A stretch of 64,000 nucleotides of DNA from Octopus vulgaris (GCA_951406725.2 OX597818.1:5642001-5706000); one strand, 5' to 3'; positions 1-11,199 are shown, counted from the first letter of the stretch. The notes: generated from the letters alone by a model not told the origin. Made by a program: numbers and translations.

Positions 1-1033
1 AATAATGGTATATTTTAAGAGCGAGCAAATGGCAAGAAAGCACTCGCTAACCCCAATTAAGGCGAGTGATATTGTTCTCATACCTCCCTATTTGGGGCGG
101 AGGTCCGCCAAAATAAGAATCGAGGACATCCTCCAGAAATCGAAGTAAAGTGGTTGTTTCCAGCCTTACTAATAGGGCTGGAAGAAAAAATAAGTGTTAT
201 AGCGATAACAAAGATCAGGATGGAAAACTGGAGAGGTCAAACTCTTCAAGTGACAGTACAGGCGGCCCCAGAGACATTGGAGGAGGTCGCAGAAAATATC
301 AATTTCAGCGATGAAATAAATTTGCGGGTGGTGGTGGAGGGGCGAAAGCCTCAATGCTACGGATGTGGTGAGAAAGGCCACATCCGTATAGACTGCCCCA
401 CCCGCAAGAAAGAAGAAGAGAGAAAAAGGACAGAAGCAGAGGAGAAGAGGAAAAAAGAGACGGTGGAAGAGAAAACAACAGAAGAAGAAAATGCCTTCAC
501 ACTGGTGAGGCAGTAAAAAACACCAAAAAGAAAAAATGAAGACTTAAACCCACCCACCCCATGCACAAGCAAAAAGAAAAATAACACACAGGGGGGAAAA
601 TTTACCCCACCCAACCACGGTTCCCCACAAAAGAAAAAAAAAGAGAAGACCCCCCCCCCCCCAACCCAACCCGAACAACCACCCCCACCTCCCAGTGTCG
701 AACAATTCCTTCCCCTCCCAAACTACTCCCCGCCGTCCCCCCCATCGCCCCCACAAAGCCCAAAGAAAAAATGGAAGGTTTAGAGATGGTGTACATCTCA
801 ATAAACAAAGATAACGATAGGTTGGTGAAACTTATTAATGAAGCCCCAACAGCAGAAAAAATTCAAACTTACAGGGTATTGCCCAAAAATGTAGAAGTGT
901 CGACAGGTTAAATTACAACATTATACATGAGGAATACCCAAAAGACATCAGAGGTCCGCGTCTCGACTTGCACGAGTCGTTGTATAATGCGGACTTCCCC
1001 CCACGACAAACGGAAAAAAGGAAAACCAACTAA
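1..1033 (+). pseudogene. Copy A ORF1 (gag-like, zinc knuckle), disrupted and partial
   Basis: CYGCGEKGHIRIDC (CX2CX4HX4C) in ORF 154-516, then a Glu/Lys-rich and a Pro-rich (C-run) segment. C-terminus EYPKDIRGPRLD... resembles copy B. Contains internal stops and frameshifts. Confidence 0.8.
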
Positions 1034-1043
1034 AAGGTAGGTG

Positions 1044-4000
1044 ATGGCTCGTATTCATGTAGGGTGCATAAATGTGCGTGGCCTGGTGACGAACTGGAAG
1101 CAAGGGCGCCTCCTAAATGACATCAGGTCACCGGATTTAGATGTTGTTGTTGCCACAGAAACCTGGTTAAAGGGGCCAAGAGATCCGCTCCCGTTGTTCG
1201 GCGGTTACGAGAGAATTATCTCTCCGAGCCGTCTGTCCGGCGGAAGCGGGGTGTTGGTCCTGTGTAAAAAGAACCGGGTTTCTGAGAAAAAGTTGATTTT
1301 TTCAGATCCAGAAGGTAGACTGGTCGTGGTTGATTTGACGTTCAGTAGTCGTAAGACAATCAGGCTGGTTGCGGTTTACGCACCCCACAGTCAAGGGGAA
1401 CAAAGTGATTATTTTCGGAACCTTGGAAAGTTTCTGAGTACATCGCATCCTTTAGTTGTTTTAGGAGACTTCAACACAGTCTACGATGTGCGGGTAGACT
1501 CTGAGGGCTCGCGAACAGATAGGAAAGGAAATGCTTGCTTCCAGGATCTACTAAGACGTTTCGAGCTGGTAGATCCATATAGACTGGAACATCCGGACGC
1601 TCCATTGTGGACATGGTCAAACAGCGACGGATCTATCAAGTCGTACATAGACAGGATGTTAATTAGAAAAGTAGATAAGAAACTAGCTAGGAGTCCACAG
1701 CTCCACATGGTCAGCTACAGTGACCACAAGATGGTCACCTGTAGGCTAGACATAGATAAGACGAATAGAGGTCCTGGTTACTGGAAACTTAATACGTCCC
1801 TTTTGGCGATTAAGGAGCACAGTGACAGGATAAGGTTAATGATTCAGAGGGCTTTGACCGGAACCATAATTAACAACAAATGGTGGTATGCCCTCAAGCG
1901 AGCCATCAGATATGAGTCCATTAGATGTAGTATAGATCTAGTAGCTAGAGAGGCTAGAAGGGAATCAGCACTAGTTAAGGACTTAGAGGAAGCAATGCGA
2001 ACTGGCACAGCAGGCCAGGTGAAGGTCAAGAGACTGGTTTTAAACCAGCACCTCGAAGCCAAACACATGGGTTGCATTGTCAGGGCTAGACAACGTGCAA
2101 TGGGGAGCGAAGGAATTAATGCCGCGAGATGGGCCCGACTGGTGGAAGCCCAACGTGGCAACGATGCCACAATTCGATCTTTGACGAACCAACAAGGTAA
2201 GTTGATAGACGAGCCCGATGAGATGTGTGAAGCTTTTCAGGACCACTTCGCCCATCTCTTTGGGTGGAGCGGCGGACCGGATAGGAGGAGGGGCCTAACG
2301 GACCTCCTCGAAGGGCTGCCGTGCCTCTCGGAGCAGGACGCGAAGTGTAGTGAGGAGCCGATCACGCCTGGGGAAGTAATAGAGGCCATGGCTGACTGCG
2401 GCGCAGGTAAGGCGCCAGGACTGGATGGTCTACCCTACGAGCTTTATAAAAGTATGCCGGACTTGTTCGGGGACTTACTGGCGAACGTCTACGCGAACTG
2501 GCAGCAGAATGGGTTTATTCCCAGATCTGTGCGCCGGGGAGTGGTGACACTAATCGGGAAGGACCCAGACAAGGGGGATGTCATTGATAATTTTAGGCCC
2601 ATCACTCTGCTTAACGCAGAGCTGAAGATTTTAGCCAAAGTGTTATCAAACAGATTGGCGCGTGTCGCGGATGGACTAATAGGGAAGGCACAAACGTGTG
2701 CTGTACCTGGCAGGTCCATTCAGGATAATCTCCATCTAATCAGATACACTATAGAGGGAATTAATAGCGATCCCGGCAAGGGAGGGGCAGTGGTCCATTT
2801 AGACCAATCAAAAGCTTTCGATAGGGTCGACCATCATTACCTGGTGTCTGTTCTGGCTCAGTTCGGCCTGGGTCTTGGCTTCCTCAGGTGGATCATCGAA
2901 ATGTACGATAACGTCGACTTGGTAGTTCGGGTGAACGGCTTTATTTCTAAGCCGTTCAGAGTCAAATGCTCGGTTCGTCAAGGATGTCCACTCTCCCCGC
3001 TTTTGTATGTAGTGGCTCTCGAGCCGCTGCTGCGAAAACTGAGTGGCATCCCGAGGCAGCCAGGTCGTGGAATGTCGGTTTTGGCGTACGCGGATGACGT
3101 CACTATCATCGTGACTGAAGTGGACCTCCTACGTAAAGTAGGCAAGGCCATAGAGGTTTACGAGACGGTGACAGGAGCAAAAGTTAATCGCGAAAAGTCA
3201 GTCGGCTTGCAACTCGGCACCTGGAGAGGCAAGTCGATGCCTTCAGACAGCGTCGTGGGACGTTGGACGGAGGGTCCGATTAAGTTGCTAGGGGTTTGGT
3301 TTGGACCAGACAGCCAAATAGAGAAGAACTGGAGCGAGGTATCGAGCAGGGTGGCTGCAGTAGCCAAGACCTGGTCTTGGCGGTGGTTATCCCTGAAAGG
3401 TAGGGCGGAGGTAGCCAATGTGCTTATCGCATCGGTGATCACCTACCGCCTTACCGTCGTGCCTTGCCCGGATTCGTGGTTGACCAAGTTGGAAAGACAG
3501 CTCTTTCACTTTTTGTGGAAGAGCTCGAAACCACTTGTGAGACGCTCTGTTGTCAAAAACCGTTAAAGGGTGGACTAGGGATGCCGTGGCTAATGATGCG
3601 CAGAAATGCGCTGAGGTTAAGGCATATATGGCTCCATCTGGATGGTGAACGGGTGTGGTCTCCGTTGGCGAAACAGATGTTTCCCAAGTTCACCAGTTTT
3701 GGTGGACGGGAAGCCTGGTATAATCGCAGATCGAAGTTGGATACATGGTATACGGAGTGTCGCAAGGCACTCCGACTATTCCGTCGCTCGGGCAATGCTT
3801 GCGGCAGTGGTTCTACCGCTGTTTTCTATAGAGGGTTTGTAGAGGCCGGTTGCGATGATACGTTAGGGGAAACCCTAGGTTTCGACGATAATCAGCTGGC
3901 CAGTCTGTTCCAAGGTACATTTGGGCCGAGGATCCTGGATAATTTTCAGAAGTCCTTGGCTTGGCAGTGTTACCGAGGAGCCTTACCTGTTCGGGACAAA

Positions 4001-4435
4001 CTCGCAAGGCACGGTGGCCAAATCAGCCCGACCTGTCCGAGGTGTGGGCGAGACAGGGAAACCGTCTCGCACGCAGTCGTGCAGTGCTCGGAGGTGGCAG
4101 ACATGTGGATTTTTGCCAAACAACTGTTGTCAAGTGGAGGAAGAGTACAGCTATCGGCTGAATCCATTGTAAAAATTGACCCACCGGATTTCTTAACGAA
4201 AGAATGTAAGAATTGTTTTCTCTCTGTGGTTTCAATTGCGAAACAGGCAGTATGGAAGACGAGGATGAAAGGGGTGATAGCAGGCAACTTCATCTCTGGT
4301 TCTAGTCTGCTGGAATATTTTAAATTCCACCTAAAAAGACAAATAGAACTAGAGAGTAGGGGCCTGAGTAAGAAAGTGTTCGATGAAAGATGGAAGAATG
4401 TTGTGAGTAAAAGGACCCTCATGAATGCGAGGTAA
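1044..4435 (+). pseudogene. Copy A ORF2: APE endonuclease + reverse transcriptase + CCHC, with one frameshift near 3548
   Basis: Motifs NVRGL, TETW, VYAP, LGDFN, YIDR, SDH (APE); GPGYWKLN (Tx1-typical); KAPGLDG, FRPITLLN, LDQSKAFDRV, RQGCPLSP, AYADD (RT); CPRC...H...C. ORFs 1041-3566 and 3464-4435 join through an apparent 4-nt deletion relative to copy B. Confidence 0.93.
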
Positions 4436-4922
4436 GCCGGAAAAAAAAAGAAAAAAAATCCTAAGGTCAGTGTCGTGGCGGGGTTCGTGGGGTCCGTAAG
4501 CCCGCCCCACTCCATCTGTGAAATTGTTTGTGTAAAAAATGTCCTATCATCCGAATTATATAATCATTTGTAAATTTTTAATAGACCCCAACGCATATTC
4601 ATGTAAAATCATTCGTGATGTTCTGTCTTTATATGTATAACCGTATAGTGAATAAAGAAATAAGAGCTAACAATTCAATTTAATTGATTGCGTAGTGAGT
4701 TATTATATTTTCCTCTGTTATATTCTACTGTGTTTCTGATTGACTTTGTCTGTATTGTCTGTTGTTGTACAATTATTGTAATCAGCCTTCGTGCGAGGGC
4801 TTCGTGTTGGTGTTCCCCCCTCCGTGGGGGAAAAACTATCATTATTGCTGCATTTGAGGCTTTCAAAACCAAAACCGTTTTGTCGCGGTTGTGCTAAAGG
4901 CTTGTTAAGCCAGTTTTCGGAG

Positions 4923-6214
4923 ATGGACTCCCCCATCTCCTATTCACCAGTGTCAAGTGATGCAGGATCACCGGCGGTGTCGCCAAACAAAAAAGAAACC
5001 CCAGTACCAGCTAGAAAATTTTCTGAAGTAGCTGGAAAGAAAATTTAAAAAATTAACACTGAAGACCTGCAGAAATACGCAGACTGTTTGATAAAAGAGG
5101 GCACAGAAGTAACGGTGGTTACGAATGCCCAAAAGCAAGAAGAGATTGATAAAAAAAGAATAATATACAAGACTTTCAACATCACAAGTAAGTCTATACA
5201 AAGAATAGAGGAGAAAAAAAATAGAAAACTGCCTAAAGCCGATATGGGATAAGATTACGTACATCAATCGCGGGAAGAAATACGGCACAGTGGAGGTGAG
5301 ATTTGCAACAGAGGAGGTAGCCAAAAAGCTATCCATGGAACCCATGAAAGCGGAGAATATTGTTCTCCTCCCCCTGTATAGAGGAAAAAGAACCTCAAGG
5401 ATCACAATGCACAATATTCCGCCAGAAGCGGACGCCACATGTCTGGTGGCAGCAGTTATAGTAGGCCTGGAAGAAAAAATAAATATCCTCCAGGCCACAG
5501 TTGAGGAGGAAGAAAATTGGAAAGGGCAGCGTATAACGATAGCCATCCAGGCAGAGATACAAACCCTGGAAGAGATTCCGGAGACACTGAAAATCAGTGA
5601 GGAGGAACGAGTCACAGTCTTTGTAGAGGGCAGAAAGCCGAGGTGCTTCGGCTGCGGTAAGAAAGGGCATGTAAGGGCAGAATGCCAACCCAAACCGCAG
5701 GAAGCAGCTCAGCCAGGTGGAAGAACAGAAGAGGTGTCACCAGAAGTAGCGCCGGGCGGCCCAGAAGGGACGGCTGAAGGTGTGGAGGTGACAGAGGCAG
5801 CGGAACCGGCGGCGGAGGTGGCGGAGGAAACAAAGAGCGAGGAAACGAAAAATGAGGAGGGGTGGTCAAAAATCACTAGGAAAAAAAGAAAAACTGAAAG
5901 TAAACCAAAAGAAAAAAAGAGAGTCTTTGAACTCATTTATGGCCATTAAGGCCTCAAATAATAGACTCGGTAATGTGTTGGCAGCTATGGCCAAGGTAGA
6001 AAAAATTGGAAGAAAAAATGATTACATATTGTACAGAATAGGCCGGATGGATTACGGACGGATAAAATCCGAATTTCTTCATGACGTGGGCCCCCTAAGA
6101 ATGGATATATCATCACCATATATATTCGAGCGCCTGCGTCAGACTCCCCCACGAGGCCCAGAAAAAGAGGAAAAAAATGAAGAAGAGAAAGGAAAAGTCG
6201 AACCACTGATATAA
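4923..6214 (+). pseudogene. Copy B ORF1 (gag-like, zinc knuckle), frameshifted
   Basis: ATG at 4923 (MDSPIS...); YINRGKKYGTVEVRFATEEVAK; CFGCGKKGHVRAEC; split over ORFs 4791-5048, 5290-5949 and 5852-6214. Confidence 0.85.
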
Positions 6215-6222
6215 GGTAAGTC

Positions 6223-9200
6223 ATGGATTACATTTATGTTGGTTGTTTAAATGTGCGCGGCCTGGGATCAAGCTGGAAGCAAGGTCGCTTCCTTAATGAT
6301 ATCAGGTCGCGTAGTTTGGATGTTATTGTTGCTACAGAAACCCGTTTAGAGGGGCCAAGAGGTCTACTCCCGCTGTTTGACGGCTACGAGAGTTTTTTCT
6401 CTCCGGCCAGTCCTACAGGCGGGGGTGGGGTGTTGGTCCTATTAAAAAGAAACCGGGTTTTTGAGAAGAAGTTAATTTTTTCAGACCCAGAAGGCAGGCT
6501 GGTCGTCATGGATTTGACGTTCAGTAACGGTAAAGTTATCAGATTGGTTGCAATTTACGCACCCAACCAAAAGGGACAAAGTGATTATTTTCGAGAACTG
6601 GAAAACTTTCTTGGTACTTCGCATTCATTAGTTGTGCTAGGATACTTTAACACAATTTACAAAGCGGATGTAGATTGTGTTGGCTTGCGTCCAGATAGAA
6701 AAGGTAACATTGGCTTCCTAGAACTGCTAAGCCGCTTTGAGCTAGCAGATCCTTATAGGTTGGAATTTCCGAACGCTCCATTGTGGACATGGTCAAACAG
6801 CGACGGATCTTCCAGGTCATACATAGATAGGATACTAATTAGAAAAGTAGACAGAAAAATAGCTAAGTGTCCACAGTTTTACCTGGTCAGCTACAGTGAT
6901 CATAAAATGGTCACCTGTAAGCTTGACATATATAAAGTTAAAAATAGAGGCTCCGGTTACTGGAAACTTAACTTAATACGTCCCTTTTGGCGATTAAGGA
7001 GTACAGAGACCGGATTAGGACTATAATTCAGAGGGCGCTATCTGGTGCCATCATTAATAACAAATGGTGGTATGCCCTCAAGCGAGCCATCAAATTCGAG
7101 TCTATTAGATATAGCACAGGATTAGTGGCTAGAGAGGCTAGGAGGGAATCTACTCTAGTTAAGGAATTAGAGGAAGCCTTGAAAACTGGCTCTGCGGCTC
7201 AGGTGACGGCCAAGAGACTGGCGTTAAACCAGCACCTCGAGGCCAAACACATGGGCTGCATTATCAGGGCTAGGATCCGCGCAATGGGTTGTGAGGGAAT
7301 CAACGCCGTGAGATGGGCGCGAGTGGTGGAAGCTCAGCGTGGTAACGACGCCACGATTCGATCTATGACGAACCAACAGATGAGTTGATAAACGAGCCCG
7401 AGGAGATGTGTGAGGCCTTTCAGGAGCACTTCGCTCAGCTTTTCGGTGAGTGCGGCGGACTGGATAGGAGGCGAGCCTTTACGGTCCTCCTCGATGGGCT
7501 GCCGCGCTTATCGGGGTGAGATGCGGAGGGCTGTGAAGGGCCAATCACGCCTGGGGAGGTGGTTGAGGCGATGGCGGACTGCGGCGCGGGCAAGGCGCCG
7601 GGTTTAGATGGTCTACCCTATGAGTTATATAAGAGTAGGCCAGACTTGTTCGGGCACCTACTGGCGGAGGTCTATGCGAACTGGCAGCAGAACGGGTTCA
7701 TACCCAGATCTGTGCGCCGGGGAGTAGTGACACTCGTCAGAAAGGACCCGAGCAAGGGGGAGTGCATTGATAATTTCAGGCCCATCACTCTGCTACACAC
7801 AGAGTTGAAGATTTTGGCCAAAGTGTTATCGAAAAGATTGGCGCGTGTCGCGGATGATCTGATCGGCGAGGCACAGACATGTGCCGTTCCCGACAGAACC
7901 ATTCAGGATAATCTCCATCTTATGCGGTACACTATAGAGGGGCTTAATAGTGATTCTGGCAAGGGTGGGGCACTGGTCCATTTAGACTAATCTAAAGCAT
8001 TCGATAGGCTCGACCATCGCTACCTGGTATCTGCCCTGGCCCATTTCGGGCTGGGCCTTGGCTTCCTCAGGTGGATTATCCAAATTTACGACAACATCGA
8101 CTCGGTAGTTCGGGTGAACGGCTTCTTGTCGAAGCCATTCAACATCAAGCGCTCGGTTCTTCAAGGGTGTCCGCTCTCCCCGCTTTTGTACGTGATGGCT
8201 CTTGAGCCATTACTGCGAAAACTGAGCGGCATCCCGAGACAGCCAGGTTGTGGAAAATCGGTGTCAGCGTACGCGGATGACATCACCATCATCGTAACCG
8301 AAATGGATCACCTACGTAAAGTAGGCAAGGCCATAGAGGTTTACGAGACGGTGACAGGAGCAAAGATTAATCGCGAAAAGTCAGTTGGCTTGGAACTCGG
8401 CACCTGGAGAGGCAAGTCGATGCCTTCAGACAGCGTCGTGGGACGTTGGACGGAGGGTCCGATTAAGTTGCTAGGGGTTTGGTTCGGTCCAGACCACCAA
8501 ATAGAGAAGAATTGGGGCGAGGTATCGAGCAGGGTGGCTGCAGTAACCAAGACCTGGTCTTGGCGGTCGCTATCCCTGGAAGGGAGGGCGGAGGTAGCCA
8601 ATGTGTTTATCGCATCGGTTATCACCTACCGCCTTTCCGTCGTTCCTTGCCCTGATTCGTGTTTGATCAAGTTGGAAAGACAGCTCTTCTACTTCTTGTG
8701 GAAGGGCGGGAAACCACTTGTGAAACGCTCTACTTGCTGTCAACAACCGTTAAAGGGTGGGCTAGGGATGCCTTGGCTGATGATGCACAGACATGCGCTG
8801 AGGTTAAGACATCTGTGGCTCTACCTGGATGGTGAACGGGTGTGGTCTCCACTAGCAAAACTTATGTTTCCCAAGTTCACTAGTTTCGGTGGATGGGAAA
8901 CCTGGCTGAATCGTAGATCGAAACTGGGCACATGGTACACGGAATGTCGCAAGGCTCTCCTGCTATTCCGTCGCTCGGGCAACGCCTGCGGTGGGGGTTC
9001 CACCACATTCTTCTATAGAGGGTTGGTAGAGGTGGAATGTGAAGATACCTTGGGGGAAACCCTAGATCTCGACGATAATCAGCTGGCCAGTCTGTTCCGA
9101 CGTACGCTCAAGCCGAAGACACTGGACAACTTCCAGAAGTCTCTGGCATGGCAATGCTACAGAGGAGCTCTACCTGTTCGGGATAAACTCGCAAGGCACG

Positions 9201-9622
9201 GTGGCCAAGACAGTCCGATATGTCCAAGATGCGAGCGGGATAGGGAAACCGTCCCGCACGCTATTGTTCATTGTTCGGTCGTGTCTGAGGTGTGGGTTTA
9301 TTCCGAACAGCTGTTGTCAAGCACACGAAGAGTACAGCTGTCGACTGAGTCTATTACAAAAATTGACCCACCAGATTTCTTCGCGAAAGAAGGTAAGAAT
9401 TGTTTTCTCGTTGTAGTAGCAATTTCGAAAGAGGTGATATGGAAGACGAGAATGAAAGGTTTACGGTCAGGCAAGTTCATCTCCGGCCCTGGATTGATGA
9501 ATTCCTTCATCTTTCACCTGAAAAGGAAGATAGGACTGGAGAGAAAATGCCTGATTAAGAGAGTGTATGAAGAACGATGGAAAGATGTAGCACGAAAGTT
9601 GCGAGTGGATGATACCACATAA
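6223..9622 (+). pseudogene. Copy B ORF2 (APE-RT-ZnF), multiply disrupted
   Basis: Colinear with copy A ORF2. GDFN changed to GYFN, frameshifts near 6970 and 7380, stop at 7988-7990; AYADD intact in ORF 8114-9622. Confidence 0.93.
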
Positions 9623-9854
9623 ATGTAAAACTAGACGAAACCAAAGTATCAGTGGGGAGGCGGGGCTCGTGGGGTCCGAGCTAAACCCGCTCCCACTCCA
9701 TCCGTAATGTCTTCCGGTCTGTTCCCCATTCGATTTTTTCTATTTTTGTAATTTTTGAAAATTTTAAAATTCGCCTTTTTTGTAAACCCATTCGTATATC
9801 TGACCCCACATCAGATTCTATGTTCGCCCCTTGTGGGTAATAATAAAACAATTC

Positions 9855-10764
9855 AATTTTTCATTGAGTTGGTTAGTTATTTTTGTGTGAACAGTTAAAT
9901 TGAAAAAAGTTGAATCGCGTGAGGCGCTTGCCGCCACGTGTTGGAACCTTATTACAGAAGTTGCGTCGACCCTCAAGTCATTGAGACTTACGCGGGGGTC
10001 GCCTCAACGGAAAGTGATGAGCCTCTTATAGTAAGAGAAGTGTTTTTTAGAAAAGAACAATTAATGGATTATGAAAAATTCATCAAAAGGGAGGGTGACA
10101 GCGTAAAGCTGGTCCCACCTGCTGAAACGATAGAAGAGAAAAATAATAAGACTATCACGTACAGGACGCAAGACAGAATTACAAACAAATTGGTGAGAGT
10201 AACGATAGAAGAAATTGAGAAATGTCTGGGGGACATTATGAAAAAGCAACGTACGTGAACAGAGGAAAGAAATATGGTACGGTGGAGGTGAGATGCGCAA
10301 CAAAAGAAGTTGCGGCCTCGTTAGCTTCCACTGTTTTGAAAGCTGAAAACTTCACCATGTGGCCAACATATAAAGGACGAAGAGGGGTTCGGGTAAAGAT
10401 ACCAAAGGTGCCTCCAGAAATAAAAACAGAAATGCTGGCAACAGCTATCCTAGGGTCAGCAAAGGACGAAATAGAAATAGGCTCGATCAAGGAGACCAAT
10501 GTTGTGAACTGGAAGGGATTCGGAGTGGAGATATGGCTGATGGCCAAAAAAGAAGACATAGAAAGGTTTCCCTTCCAAATTGAACTTGAAAATGAGAGAA
10601 CAGTGAGCGTAATTGTAGAGGGGTGAAAGCCGAACTGCTACTTGTGTGGGTCAAGAGGACACAAAAGAAAGGAATACAAAAGAAAGGATTACAAAAGAAA
10701 GGAATACATCAGATTGTATTGTCCCCTCTACGTTCGCCCCTTGTGAGTAATAATAAAACAATTC
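9855..10764 (+). mobile_element. Tx1-like copy C: ORF1-only internally deleted derivative that keeps the 3' tail
   Basis: YVNRGKKYGTVEVRCATKEVA and VIVEG*KPNCYLCGSRGH are homologous to ORF1 of A and B. Joined after the knuckle, via three copies of ACAAAAGAAAGGA(A/T)T, to a 3' tail nearly identical to that of B. Confidence 0.85.
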
Positions 10765-10839
10765 CAGTCTGTTATATATTTTGAGTATTGTTATCACTAG
10801 CGATATCAAGATATAACTTTGTATTTTGCATTTTATGTG

Positions 10840-10934
10840 TAGATGTATATATATATATAGATGTACACATATATATATACACATATATACATGCACTAGC
10901 ACTATGACCCGGCAACGACTGGTCTTTAATGCTA

Positions 10935-10994
<60 letters not shown>

Positions 10995-11140
10995 ATGTAT
11001 ATATGCGTATGTATATATACATATATATATATGTGTGTGTATGTGTGTATATACATACATAATACATGCATACATACATATATATATATACATACATACA
11101 TACAATACATGCATACATATAAATATATATATATATATAA
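10840..11140. repeat. (TA)n / (TACA)n microsatellite
   Basis: Directly visible. Confidence 0.95.
10895..10936. mobile_element. Minimal Helitron/Helentron-end-like element
   Basis: ACTAGCA...TGCTAGT inverted ends, an internal GC hairpin (GACCCGGCAACGACTGGTC) and a terminal CTAG, sitting in TA repeats. Confidence 0.4.
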
Positions 11141-11199
11141 AATTAAATAATATAGGTAGAAATTGATGTTAATGAATTATGGCCAGTGGCTTAGCATAT

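Larger units (their letters stand above)
1..4676 (+). mobile_element. Tx1-like (L1 clade) non-LTR retrotransposon, copy A (5' end outside window)
   Basis: ORF1 with a CCHC knuckle, ORF2 with APE+RT+C-terminal zinc finger, and a 3' UTR ending AATAAAGAAATAAG...AACAATTC. Confidence 0.9.
4677..9854 (+). mobile_element. Tx1-like non-LTR retrotransposon, copy B (full length, disabled)
   Basis: 5' UTR, ORF1 (4923-6214), ORF2 (6223-9622) and 3' UTR ending GCCCCTTGTGGGTAATAATAAAACAATTC. Confidence 0.92.

Noticed and set aside
1481-9510. Antisense ORFs shared by Tx1 copies A and B
   Set aside because: Expected shadows of homologous coding sequence; no recognisable domain.
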